64,000 nucleotides of DNA, taken from IMG/VR virus record IMGVR_UViG_3300032093_000021, positions 76,165 through 140,164 of that record. The stretch is one strand, 5' to 3'. The position numbers were made by a program, and so were the translations under genes. Source of the DNA: a virus. A model generated the notes under the pieces. The model searched no databases. It was not told the origin of the DNA and saw only the letters and a list, made by a program, of their open reading frames with translations. Shown in pieces: positions 1 to 10,062 of the stretch (its first letter is position 1; each line of letters begins with the position of its first letter).

Positions 1-3000
1 CCATTATATATCCATAATATCTATCATTTAAAATTACCTCTTTCAAAAAGGAATCCCTTGGGCCTAAGTTAATTATTGTTGTAGGATACTTTAGATTTCT
101 TTGGTTAGCCCCAAATTGAGTTTGTTTTTGTGATACAGGTGGAGATCCTATAAATTTATACTCATTCGTGATAGGGTCAAGCGCCGCAGGTGAAGACCTA
201 TAGTAAAAATTATTACTTTCATTTTGTAATACCAAAAGTTGTCTAGGAAAAACTCTTTTACTTACTTGATTAAATTTATTATAGAATGTATTAACTTTGA
301 AAGGAAACGCATAGAGATTTCCATTTACCCAATTATTTATAAAAGTATTTGCAAGTACCCCTTGGCATAATCCATAATAAAATCTAAATCTATAGTTCCA
401 CTCCAAAATCTGATTAATATCTCCATCTTTTCCAAATAAACCTATTAAAGGTTTTGTAACAATCCAATAACAACCATTTCTGACTTTATCTTCCTTACAA
501 TTTTGTTGGACTGTCATTGAGTTTCCCTGACTTTGATAACAACTTAAATCTCTCATACCAGTACAACTGAAACTATCTAAAATAGTTGATTCATACCCTT
601 TATTATCGCTTGAAAATTCAGGATCAAAGTCATTATTATATTGAGGTGAACTTGGTTGATTATTTGCGGCTGTTGGGTCATCCCCCGGGATGACATAAAA
701 ATCATCCCATGATGCATGTTGTAAAACACCTCCATCTGGTAGTTTAGGCAATCTGTCAGCTCTCATTACTATATTCTGAGAATTATTCATACTTGTTTGA
801 AATGTAGAATAAGTAGGTCTTATTAAATTCCTACCATCACCATTTCTGAATTCATAGGTTGATCCATGTATTGATTCGTTCAGATCATATTTTGCATCTC
901 TTCTTTCCAAGTTAGTAACGACCGTACTACCTAATGAATCTTGATCAGTTTGTAAAACAAGACCCATGTTTACAGAAGTAAGATTTGATCTGTTTCCTGC
1001 ATATATTTTCAATATAATTCTATCTGTTGGGTTCATTGGAACCGCATTATTAATATAAACCGGAAGTCTATCCCTTTGACTACTGGGTGGTAGAAACAAA
1101 GTATCAAAGTTATTACTTATAAGAGTTTCAGTTACCCCATCCCACTTAAATACCCTTAAAATAAAGTATATACCATTTAGATAAACAGATGACATTCTTA
1201 CATAAAAATTCCACCATCCTTGTGGTATTAAATTCACATTAGGTACTCCAACAGGTGTTACAAAATTCATAATATTAACGAATCTCACTAAATCTCCAGT
1301 ACCCCATGATGATGGATTGGTACCTGTAGCTATAAATGTAGTACCTTCGTTATTATTTGGTGCACCTACATTTGTAAAATTAGCACCACCGGAATTGTCG
1401 CGAATTCTGTAAATATTACCAATAGTCAAAGCTCCACCACTTTGTGTGTCGGGTAAATTTGTTGTGACAACATTATTCCCAATCGCCCTTTGTGTTGAAG
1501 TTTCTTTGTATGTTGGTATTGTACCATTAACTAAACTATTCAAGAAAAAAACTTTTCCGTCGGCAATTTGATCCGCCAAATCAAAGAACAAAGGATTCCC
1601 TTCATTGGCTCTTAAATCGCTAACACCATTAAAGTTTCCAAATTGTGTGTTGTTATTTATGTTTAAGTTTATTCCATCAACATTACCTGAAGGTGGTGGT
1701 CCCAAACTTGAATATTGTGAGGTGAGATTTGATATATATGGTATAAAATTACCTGGCTTGAAAACATATGATGGGTAAAATAATTTTAAACCTTGTGAGC
1801 TTGTGTTATTATCAGTAATTTCATTGTGATTTGCCATTACCATATTACCTGAACTCGTAGTATTTTGTATAGGAATATTTAATCTTAATTTATTTGTAAT
1901 TTTTATTTGATCATGGTTATCAAACCCAAATAATCTACCTAACTCAATAGTCGTATCAATTTTTTCGGAATACACATCAACACCTCTTTGCGCTATAACA
2001 ACATAAGAATCTAAATTTAACAACTTGCTGAATTCCCCGTAAGTAAATCTTGGATTCACCGCAAGTCCATCTTCATAGATATAAAGTTTACCATTGAAAA
2101 TTTCAGCTAATGAACCAGCTCTTGCCTCAGGTTTTGATAAGTTAATAAATTGTGATATTGTCATAGATGTTAGAACTTGATAATATTCCACATCCGATGG
2201 TAAACCATATAAACGAATATCTCCTGCCCAATTTAATGAAATAGTTTGAGTAATGTTATTGATTCTATTAGCGGGATCGGCATGTTTTATTGTTATTGAA
2301 GGTGAAAAGGTTGTTACCCCTGTTGTCCCATTTGTTCCCCAAAGATTTGGTAATGTATGACCACTGATGTTAGGGTCAGCACTTGTTGTTGGGTCAACGA
2401 ATGTCATAAGACTGGCTCCGGATGTACTACCTGTAAAAGCAGAACCAAATGACGATATAAAAACAATAATGTTATCATATATTTCCGGATTATTCCCATA
2501 TTTTAACTTGATTTGATTATTTCCACCCTGATCATCATAAAAATTTGATTTAACATTGAACGCGTTTATTCTTGCGGCAAAACTCAAATCTTTGGTAGAC
2601 AATAATCCGGATTTAAATTCATTTCCATATAGTATCGGAATTATGTTATCAACATCGTTACTTGTTAAATTAGGAAAATAATCTTTTACGTTATTTGAAT
2701 TTATATCTACAAATGGATTTTCATCTGTTGGACTATTTGAATTGAATCCAGTCATCCCCGGATCATATGTTTCAACATTAAATGGTGGTAATTTAGCCTG
2801 TGGTGTTGTTCCTGAACCATCCTCATTACCTGGGTCTTTACAATCACAAATGTCACAATCAGGATAACTTAACATGGGTAATGATAACGGCCCCATAGGG
2901 GGATCTTGGTCACAGTTAATTTTTGCCAACATTCTCCTAAATGGGTACCCCCCCAATATTTTCCAATTTTTCAACGCACACAAAAAACCTAAAATAATTC

Positions 3001-4621
3001 TAAAAATTAAATTAACAATAAAGGCTAAATAACTATATACAATAACAAAAGGAATTATAATGGTTGTAAGGATTACCAATAAAATATTGAATATTCTCCA
3101 TATCAAGCTCGTATAAAAAAACGCATCATTGACGGGGTATTTATTTGTGGTATCTTCGCAAGTATCTTCATCTATTCTTTTTATACCAATAAATCTTTGT
3201 TTATTCCTTCTCCTTTTTTCTTGGTCCATAAACTGTGCAACCGAATAAACTTTATTATATTCAAATTCATAAAAATAATCGTCACAATTTATTATACTCA
3301 AAATATCAGGATTTGTTACTGAGACATTTCCGGTAGTATACGCACTCCAATCTAATCCAAAGGCATAAGATGATTGAGCTTCTTGAAATGCGCTTTGACC
3401 CAAATTACCAGTCAACGGATCAACGTTTTGTTGATTTATATCCCAACCCCTTTCTTTTACATTCGGAACTAAAAAGTATCCCCTTTTGAAATCCTCATTT
3501 ATATTTTTTGATTGTTGCCACTTAATTTTGAACCTATATTTAGCCTTGGTAGGGACCCCAATTTTCGGATTATCTGACAATATTTGTTCACCGAATTCAT
3601 TAGTAGTAACATAGTCCGCATTCATTGGTAAATCAAATAACCAAACTCCATCTTCATCAATTACTTTCCCCCCATTAGGAAGTTCCGCTTGTTCAAGAAT
3701 TGGTAAACCATTTTCATCTTCAAAAATTGTTTGGGTGATGGCAATTATTTCTCCCGGACCCGCAATCATTGAACATAAATTTCCTGTTGTCTTTTTGGCG
3801 ACACCATTAGCCTTTAACCCTGTTCTTTCTGTGGAACTCATTAGGGAACCCATAAAAACCGCAGTTGGTTCCAATTTGATATTTGCTTCAGCGGTTAAAT
3901 CAAAATCAGTCCTTGTAATTCCAATTTGGCAGGTATCGGGTTCACCCCAAAAAGGTAATATATCAATATTTTTATTTATCACCACAATTTGTGGTAGTTC
4001 ACTGAAATTTGTTGATGCTCTGAATCTTGGACCGTCAAACTGCTCCTCCGTTGCTAACCCAATTCTAATCAAATCTTGTGGTGAAAGAGAAAAAGATCCT
4101 ATATCAGATAAATCAATATTTAATACAATTGTTTGATTTCCCAATGGAACACCGAAAATCATGTAGTCACCGCTTTCATTTGTTGTGACAGTATACTTAT
4201 AATACTTATTATAAATTTCAATAGCAGTTTCGTCAATTACAGAATCTAATCTTGACGGAAAAGTTCCAGTTGGAACATGACCGGGATAAGATGGTAAATA
4301 TGGTAAGAGATTATACTTGAATCCATCTTCGTTTTGTTGATCCAAATCTTTATATGGATAAATTGAAGATATGATTGGATTCAAACTATCTTCATCGGAT
4401 ACAGGAATGAAAACAGATACCTTTGCATTTGGTATACCATACCCTTGATTGGCAAAAACTCTTCCCGCTAATACTCCATAATCCGAACACATTCTTTCAT
4501 AAACGTCCTGTTGTCTAATCTTTAATGAAAGTATTTCTAATTGTTCAAAATCCTGATCAACTTGTAAAACAATATTCTTATCATCACCCGGAGTGGTTCT
4601 TATTCTGTAGGACTTACCCAT
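1..4621 (-). CDS. Large virion structural protein (over 1540 aa, runs off window start; missing from ORF track)
   Basis: ATG at 4621 (MGKSYRIRTTPGDDKNIVLQVDQDFEQLEILSLK...). Manual translation found the frame open to position 2 (...LNDRYYGYIM). It has a carboxypeptidase-regulatory-like beta motif (GRVFANQGYGIPNAKVSVF...TTNESGDYMIFGVPLG), Cys clusters and an internal hydrophobic stretch. A TATTTAT motif precedes it, and it follows the baseplate genes. Confidence 0.85.
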   Translation of the reverse strand, partial: MGKSYRIRTTPGDDKNIVLQVDQDFEQLEILSLKIRQQDVYERMCSDYGVLAGRVFANQGYGIPNAKVSVFIPVSDEDSLNPIISSIYPYKDLDQQNEDGFKYNLLPYLPSYPGHVPTGTFPSRLDSVIDETAIEIYNKYYKYTVTTNESGDYMIFGVPLGNQTIVLNIDLSDIGSFSLSPQDLIRIGLATEEQFDGPRFRASTNFSELPQIVVINKNIDILPFWGEPDTCQIGITRTDFDLTAEANIKLEPTAVFMGSLMSSTERTGLKANGVAKKTTGNLCSMIAGPGEIIAITQTIFEDENGLPILEQAELPNGGKVIDEDGVWLFDLPMNADYVTTNEFGEQILSDNPKIGVPTKAKYRFKIKWQQSKNINEDFKRGYFLVPNVKERGWDINQQNVDPLTGNLGQSAFQEAQSSYAFGLDWSAYTTGNVSVTNPDILSIINCDDYFYEFEYNKVYSVAQFMDQEKRRRNKQRFIGIKRIDEDTCEDTTNKYPVNDAFFYTSLIWRIFNILLVILTTIIIPFVIVYSYLAFIVNLIFRIILGFLCALKNWKILGGYPFRRMLAKINCDQDPPMGPLSLPMLSYPDCDICDCKDPGNEDGSGTTPQAKLPPFNVETYDPGMTGFNSNSPTDENPFVDINSNNVKDYFPNLTSNDVDNIIPILYGNEFKSGLLSTKDLSFAARINAFNVKSNFYDDQGGNNQIKLKYGNNPEIYDNIIVFISSFGSAFTGSTSGASLMTFVDPTTSADPNISGHTLPNLWGTNGTTGVTTFSPSITIKHADPANRINNITQTISLNWAGDIRLYGLPSDVEYYQVLTSMTISQFINLSKPEARAGSLAEIFNGKLYIYEDGLAVNPRFTYGEFSKLLNLDSYVVIAQRGVDVYSEKIDTTIELGRLFGFDNHDQIKITNKLRLNIPIQNTTSSGNMVMANHNEITDNNTSSQGLKLFYPSYVFKPGNFIPYISNLTSQYSSLGPPPSGNVDGINLNINNNTQFGNFNGVSDLRANEGNPLFFDLADQIADGKVFFLNSLVNGTIPTYKETSTQRAIGNNVVTTNLPDTQSGGALTIGNIYRIRDNSGGANFTNVGAPNNNEGTTFIATGTNPSSWGTGDLVRFVNIMNFVTPVGVPNVNLIPQGWWNFYVRMSSVYLNGIYFILRVFKWDGVTETLISNNFDTLFLPPSSQRDRLPVYINNAVPMNPTDRIILKIYAGNRSNLTSVNMGLVLQTDQDSLGSTVVTNLERRDAKYDLNESIHGSTYEFRNGDGRNLIRPTYSTFQTSMNNSQNIVMRADRLPKLPDGGVLQHASWDDFYVIPGDDPTAANNQPSSPQYNNDFDPEFSSDNKGYESTILDSFSCTGMRDLSCYQSQGNSMTVQQNCKEDKVRNGCYWIVTKPLIGLFGKDGDINQILEWNYRFRFYYGLCQGVLANTFINNWVNGNLYAFPFKVNTFYNKFNQVSKRVFPRQLLVLQNESNNFYYRSSPAALDPITNEYKFIGSPPVSQKQTQFGANQRNLKYPTTIINLGPRDSFLKEVILNDRYYGYIM

Positions 4622-4636
4622 TAAAATCTTTTAATT

Positions 4637-4644
4637 TATAAATA
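4637..4644 (-). promoter_or_regulatory. Putative late promoter motif TATTTATA
   Basis: About 15 nt upstream of the ATG at 4621; the same motif precedes many structural genes on the coding strand. Confidence 0.6.
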
Positions 4645-4709
4645 GTTATAGCATCATTTTTTAATGATGTCACATTAAAACATAATTGATAATGAGAATA
4701 AATAAATTA

Positions 4710-6551
4710 TTAAGAAATGGATACCGATTGGAAATTTTTAACCCTAATTCTTATATCTTTATTAGGAAATCTAATCTGATAAATTTGATTTGGAAGTGCA
4801 AAAATTGTACCATCAACTGGTTTGATCTCTCTCGTTTCTTTATTCAAATATTCCATAGATGTTTCAGATGAAGAATATTGTCCCCCCACATTGTTGAAAA
4901 CTTGAATTGATGTAATTGATATAACACCATTTTCATCTTGTATCAATCTATTTACATCTGAAAGATTTATATTTTGTCCTAACTGACGATCTAATGGATT
5001 AAAATAAGTAGTGATCTTATTGATTATTGAAGTTATAACCGACCCTTGATTTTGTGTTGAATCTAAAACAACAGATATATCAAATGAAAGATCTATAACT
5101 TCGGCAGTTTCTACAGATATATAATCATTTAACATTCTGTAATTAGAAAGGTATTCAGCAATATTTGATACCAATGTGTTAGATACAATTTGAGTCAATG
5201 CACCTGATGTGTCGTAACTCAATATTTTGACTCTGACTTTATTTTCCTCTTCAACTATTGCAACTTTAGCCGGCGCTCCAAATTGAGAAGGCATTTTTCT
5301 GATTATTGCTTCATAATCATTAATAGTTACTGCCCTATTCTGAGCTGAAAAATTAAAAGACACGAAGTTTCTTACTTCTTCTAAAGTTGGAAGTCCCGCA
5401 CCACCAATTGCCGCGGTAACGTTGTTACAAGATAATGAATTAATGACAGAGGTGTTAATCTGTTCTGAAGGTCCTGTAACTGCAAAGTTGATAGTTCCAA
5501 TCTGATTTATAACATTCACACCTAAATTAGTTGCCAAACCTCCACCTACTCTATATTGAATAAATAAAGTTGTATTTGGTGTTAATGTACTTCCCAACGA
5601 AAAATTATTCAAATATGACTGAATTGGTTGAGTATTGATGCCGGTTCTAGCAAATTCTCTCAATTGATCCTCGGCTGATGTGTTACCACCTCCAAAAGTC
5701 ATTTTAAGAAATCCTTCAGGTGTAAACTCCGTAATAAATCTATTACTTGTGGAAATATATTTACCTACCTTTATTCCCGCATCATCACTTGGTTTTGTAT
5801 TATCAGCAATAAAAACTTTATCTTGAGCTAACGCATCAACCTCATACCATTTTCCTTGATTTGATAAAAATTCAGAATCAGTCGGAACGTTGGCATAGTT
5901 AGTTCCATCTTTTTGTATTACTGCAGTTACACCTAAAACGTTTTTTTCAGGAAGAAATATTTCAAAAAACGGTCTAACTTCTGTTGGTGTTATTGATTGT
6001 CTAAAGACTTTTGTGATACCATTTACCACAACTTCCCTTTTAACAATAGTATAATTAACCAAAATATTGTTAGCATTAAAATTCGGGATTTTCAATCTAT
6101 TGGGAAACCCTTGAGCGTTATATGGTGATGCGAAATCAATATCATTTACCGTTTCAAATACTTGTCCCGCCCCTTGAACTTGACTACCTCTTCTTATTAT
6201 TCCTTCATATCTTTCATCATCTTTGTCACCAAACACAGGAACTGTTATTGAGAAATCAACTAAAGCAACTGATGGTCTTTGACCTGGAAGTTTTAACCCA
6301 TATGTTCTTGCGATGTTGAAAATAGAAGATTTTTGTTGAGCGTATTGTAGAACTGTTTCCTGAATACTTCTATCAATATGGAAATGCAAATTATCTGTAA
6401 TCGCAGCATTTAGGTCTAAAAAGACAGAAAAAACTCCAGCGTCATTGAAATTATCAATAAGATCCGGATAGTATGTTCTAGCGAAATTTATTAATTCAGT
6501 TCTTATCCCCTGAAAATCTCTTGTTGTATATGATATCCTTTTTTCTGCCAT
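4710..6551 (-). CDS. Baseplate wedge protein (T4 gp6 / baseplate J-like)
   Basis: Likely start MAEKRISYTTRDFQGIRTELINF at 6551. Shows the typical gp6-like N-terminus, YRVGGG..N and ..SAQNRAVTINDYE motifs, and lies next to the gp25-like gene. Confidence 0.88.
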   Translation of the reverse strand: MAEKRISYTTRDFQGIRTELINFARTYYPDLIDNFNDAGVFSVFLDLNAAITDNLHFHIDRSIQETVLQYAQQKSSIFNIARTYGLKLPGQRPSVALVDFSITVPVFGDKDDERYEGIIRRGSQVQGAGQVFETVNDIDFASPYNAQGFPNRLKIPNFNANNILVNYTIVKREVVVNGITKVFRQSITPTEVRPFFEIFLPEKNVLGVTAVIQKDGTNYANVPTDSEFLSNQGKWYEVDALAQDKVFIADNTKPSDDAGIKVGKYISTSNRFITEFTPEGFLKMTFGGGNTSAEDQLREFARTGINTQPIQSYLNNFSLGSTLTPNTTLFIQYRVGGGLATNLGVNVINQIGTINFAVTGPSEQINTSVINSLSCNNVTAAIGGAGLPTLEEVRNFVSFNFSAQNRAVTINDYEAIIRKMPSQFGAPAKVAIVEEENKVRVKILSYDTSGALTQIVSNTLVSNIAEYLSNYRMLNDYISVETAEVIDLSFDISVVLDSTQNQGSVITSIINKITTYFNPLDRQLGQNINLSDVNRLIQDENGVISITSIQVFNNVGGQYSSSETSMEYLNKETREIKPVDGTIFALPNQIYQIRFPNKDIRIRVKNFQSVSIS

Positions 6552-6555
6552 AATA

Positions 6556-7017
6556 TTAAATATTAAGAACAACGAAATCTTTACTGCCAAAAACACCGTC
6601 CGTTACAACATACTCTATTCTAACCTTAGCAGTATATTCACTTTGATTCAAATTCGGCATTGAAAATTCCCTGTTTGTTGCATCTCCTTCAGTGGTAACA
6701 ACAAATGTTTCTTCCTCACTTGAAGCCGCTGTTATTTTTACATCAGTTATTTTTAAGTTTGGAATAAATTTTTCACACGCATCCCTAATATCCGCCTCTA
6801 TATTATTAAAAGTAGGATTATCTAAAGGATCAAATATAAATTCATATAACTTTGTACCGAAGTCAGGTAAAAAATATCTTGAACCTTTCCTTGTTAATAA
6901 CAAATGAATGAGATCAGATCTGATTTCATCATCACTTGTATCAGTTAGTTTTAGATATTTTCCTACCTGTGAATCATTGAAAGGAAATGCAACCCCAAAT
7001 GTTTTACCATCCGCCAT
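6556..7017 (-). CDS. Baseplate wedge protein, gp25/GPW-like
   Basis: GVAFPF...IRSDLIHLLLTRKGSRYFLPDFGTKLYEFIFDP signature. Confidence 0.92.
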   Translation of the reverse strand: MADGKTFGVAFPFNDSQVGKYLKLTDTSDDEIRSDLIHLLLTRKGSRYFLPDFGTKLYEFIFDPLDNPTFNNIEADIRDACEKFIPNLKITDVKITAASSEEETFVVTTEGDATNREFSMPNLNQSEYTAKVRIEYVVTDGVFGSKDFVVLNI

Positions 7018-7035
7018 ACTGATAAATATTCACTT

Positions 7036-7437
7036 CTATTTTTTTGATGAAGTTTTCCTAAATTTTATTAACATAGACATTGCTTTAAATTCTCCGGCCG
7101 CTCTCTCAATAGATGGAATTGTATCCGGATCTCCTCTTAACGCAAATTGTTTTTCCACCATTGATGATTCCATAAGAGCATTATACAATATATCAATTTC
7201 TTCCTTCGGTAAATAACCCAGTAAATTTGTATGTAAATCTTGAGATAACCTTTGCATTATAACACAATTATCGTGGGGGTATTCATCTCTTGATAGTTTC
7301 TCAGCTGTATCATTTAATACATTGGATATATCATTCAAAATGCTTGATATCTTTTCAATACTTTCTTTTTCTACTTCGTCCCTTTGTCTTACGAAGTCAA
7401 TAACATTCTTACAAATATCAATTATTTCTGAGATCAT
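7036..7437 (-). CDS. Hypothetical helical protein
   Basis: 133-aa ORF, co-oriented, overlapping the upstream gene. Confidence 0.7.
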   Translation of the reverse strand: MISEIIDICKNVIDFVRQRDEVEKESIEKISSILNDISNVLNDTAEKLSRDEYPHDNCVIMQRLSQDLHTNLLGYLPKEEIDILYNALMESSMVEKQFALRGDPDTIPSIERAAGEFKAMSMLIKFRKTSSKK

Positions 7438-7615
7438 CTCTTACGTTTGTATTACCTTTTATTCCCACCGGTTCAAAAGGACAATGTAGACAAGTTTTTC
7501 CGCAACAATGTCCCCTCTGAAGATGGTATTCTTCAGTAAATACTAACAAACCTTTTTCATTTATGTAGTATAAAGATTGATCTAACTTAATCTTCTTTTT
7601 TAATTCTTCTTTCAT
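7418..7615 (-). CDS. Small Cys/His protein, DUF5522-like
   Basis: YYINEKGLLVFTEEYHLQRGHCCGKTCLHCPF motif. Confidence 0.8.
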   Translation of the reverse strand: MKEELKKKIKLDQSLYYINEKGLLVFTEEYHLQRGHCCGKTCLHCPFEPVGIKGNTNVRDDLRNN

Positions 7616-8102
7616 TTTGAATTTTTTTTAAGATTGGTGATAATTGAATAAATTCTTCGTATGTAAACCTATCTGATTTTAATCTATTACATTCCCAACA
7701 ACACGTTACTACATTATCTTTGGTGTAATTTAAGTTGTTATCTTTTCTATCTAATTGATGCGCTCTACTATTCGTTTTACCCCAAACTCTAGAATACTCT
7801 TCATAAATGAGCGGTTCACCACAATAATGACATTCTTTAATTTTAATTATTTCTAAAAACTCTTCAAAAGTTAACTCAACTAATTTATTTTCTTTTTTAT
7901 GTAACTTTAGTTCATTATATATGTATTTGTATGGTTCTTTCAATTGAGTACATCTCATACATTTCCCCGAATGTCTTTTAAGTGAAGATGACTGTATAGT
8001 TAATTCTTTTTTACATCCCACACATTCAAAAATGTAATTATAATATCTATTTTTTCCTTTTACAATTTTTTCTTTTCTTAACGCATTTTCTTTTAATAAC
8101 AT
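7587..8102 (-). CDS. Free-standing HNH-type endonuclease with N-terminal zinc finger
   Basis: CVGC...CMRC, then CHYCG...LDRKDNNLNYTKDNVVTCCWECNRLK. Probable start is MLLKEN at 8102 because the longer ORF start overlaps a terminator. Confidence 0.85.
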   Translation of the reverse strand: MLLKENALRKEKIVKGKNRYYNYIFECVGCKKELTIQSSSLKRHSGKCMRCTQLKEPYKYIYNELKLHKKENKLVELTFEEFLEIIKIKECHYCGEPLIYEEYSRVWGKTNSRAHQLDRKDNNLNYTKDNVVTCCWECNRLKSDRFTYEEFIQLSPILKKIQNERRIKKED

Positions 8103-8137
8103 TATAGGTGTTTTATTATAAATATCACCAATAATAG

Positions 8138-8163
8138 AAAAGGTCGGAAACATCCGACCTTTT
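8138..8163 (-). terminator. Intrinsic terminator after RNR
   Basis: Perfect 11-bp inverted repeat AAAAGGTCGGA-aaca-TCCGACCTTTT. Confidence 0.8.
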
Positions 8164-8182
8164 AATTTTATAGACCAAGCGT

Positions 8183-10042
8183 TTATTTTATTTCACAATT
8201 TCCCGCGAAACAAGCCAACTCACCACTTAAATCTGTTTCATCTGTAAGTTCAACAACTTTACTTAAATCCACATTTGATAGTGTTTTATACATTTTTTCA
8301 AATGTTTCTTTATCACAGTCTTCAAAAGGGGCTTGTTTATAAGTGTGATCGGAAAATGGTAATACTGATAAACCATTGTAATATTCCCGGTTCTCCCACA
8401 TCCATTCACCAGCCAATTCCCAATCTTCAGGTTTGAGACTAATTGTTGCAGATACGTTGTGGGTATTCTCACCTTTTCTGTGTCCAGGTCTAACCCACTC
8501 TTGAGTAATTTTTTTAACTCTCTCAAGAAGTTGGAATGGACTTTCGGTTCTTAGAATTGCCCCTTCCGGAGCTTTTTGAGGAACCGATATAACCGCAGTA
8601 TCGTGAGGTCTAAAATATTCATCCTCAACAAGTTCAGGGTGATTTACATAAAGGTAAGTATAGATGGATTCGTTTTTACCAACACGAATTCTTCTGATAT
8701 AATAATCATTATGCCAAGCGTGGATACCTGATGAAGTTCCAAGAACTAAAGATGAAGTTCCGGATGGTTTCACCGTAGTTGTTCTAGCCGCTTTATTTAT
8801 ACCAATTAATTCAGCAACTCTAGCATTTTCTTCTTTCACTATTTTTGATGCCGCTTTCATATCATAACCTAAAACAACACCAGAACCAATACCTGTCATT
8901 CCAACACCGATAAGAGCATCCTTTTCTGTTGTTCTTCTCCAAATATCTCTGAGATAATGGAAATCAGTATAGCCCGCTTGAAGCGTTCCAATAAATGTCG
9001 CCGCTTTAACTCTATTGTTGAAATCTTCTTGAGATTCAATATCGGACGCGTTAACTTCACAAAGGTTACAGAACTGATTTGGTCTTAGTGCGATTTCACA
9101 ACAAGGGTTAGTCCCCCAATCTTTATCATTTGTGAAGTAAATGCCTGGTTCACCAGCCCCTGATGCTTCAACTCTTTTCCAAAGATCAATAAAGAAATCT
9201 TTTGTAATTTTATGTCTCAAAAGAACGGCCGAATTATTTGCTCTTCCTCTTTGAGGATTTTGTTCCCACCAACTTCCTGATTTACAAGATATCATTTCAT
9301 TGTCATCAGCACTGAATAAGGAGATAAGAGCCGCGCGTCGGATTCCTCCGCTAAGGACCGCATCTGCAATATGACATATCATATCGTGAACTTCAATCGT
9401 AGTCAGTTTTCCACCATCATTTTTGGAATCTAAAATGCTTTGGAGTTTGTGAATACAATCTTTGAGGGGTTGGGGTCCGGGGGCTTTACCACCAGATGTG
9501 ATTAACCTTGCACCTTTTGGTCTAATATCAGAATAATCAAACTCAGGTGTTGATAATTGTTCTCCAAAATAAGATTTGAATAATACTTTAATAGCATCTG
9601 CCCAACCTTCAATTGAATCACCGATTAGGAATCTTCTTTTTCTATTAGCGTTTGGTTTTCTAATTTCAGGAAGTTGGTCAACGTGATGTTTTTGAACAGA
9701 ATATCCAACTCCGGTTCCTCCAAGAAGTAAGAACATTGTCTCTGAAAAACTATCTAATGAATCAATAGGAAGATATGCGCAGTTATATATCCTGTTTGGA
9801 CTAATTTCAATTGGTTTACCACCAAACTGCATAGACCTCATAGAAGGTAATACCTTTTTAGCATATACGTATTTGTATACCTCTCTGATTTCACTTTCAA
9901 GTTTTGGATATTTCTTGATGTGCATGTTCATATTTCTTGTTACGAGTTCTTCCCAAGTTTCTCTTCTTTTGAGTTCGGGAACGAACTTTGCGTATTTCAT
10001 GTAGACAGTAATGTCAGACAAAATCTTTTGCGATTCATCCAT
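8183..10042 (-). CDS. nrdJ: Class II (adenosylcobalamin-dependent) ribonucleotide reductase
   Basis: RRETWEE, LPSMRS, YNC, GTGVG, IRRAALI, TNPCCEI (NxCxE), KPSGTSS and C-terminal CFAGNC redox pair. No beta subunit gene nearby. Confidence 0.93.
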   Translation of the reverse strand: MDESQKILSDITVYMKYAKFVPELKRRETWEELVTRNMNMHIKKYPKLESEIREVYKYVYAKKVLPSMRSMQFGGKPIEISPNRIYNCAYLPIDSLDSFSETMFLLLGGTGVGYSVQKHHVDQLPEIRKPNANRKRRFLIGDSIEGWADAIKVLFKSYFGEQLSTPEFDYSDIRPKGARLITSGGKAPGPQPLKDCIHKLQSILDSKNDGGKLTTIEVHDMICHIADAVLSGGIRRAALISLFSADDNEMISCKSGSWWEQNPQRGRANNSAVLLRHKITKDFFIDLWKRVEASGAGEPGIYFTNDKDWGTNPCCEIALRPNQFCNLCEVNASDIESQEDFNNRVKAATFIGTLQAGYTDFHYLRDIWRRTTEKDALIGVGMTGIGSGVVLGYDMKAASKIVKEENARVAELIGINKAARTTTVKPSGTSSLVLGTSSGIHAWHNDYYIRRIRVGKNESIYTYLYVNHPELVEDEYFRPHDTAVISVPQKAPEGAILRTESPFQLLERVKKITQEWVRPGHRKGENTHNVSATISLKPEDWELAGEWMWENREYYNGLSVLPFSDHTYKQAPFEDCDKETFEKMYKTLSNVDLSKVVELTDETDLSGELACFAGNCEIK

Positions 10043-10062
10043 AGTTTTAATTTTTAATAAAT

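Noticed and set aside
4637-4644. T4-type TATAAATA late promoters driving plus-strand transcription
   Set aside because: The motif always sits upstream of genes in the TATTTAT orientation and flips with gene strand, so the functional reading is TATTTAT.
4651-4670. Hairpin CATCATT/AATGATG as terminator of the gp6-like gene
   Set aside because: The stem is AT-rich and weak, and has no U-tract on the coding strand.
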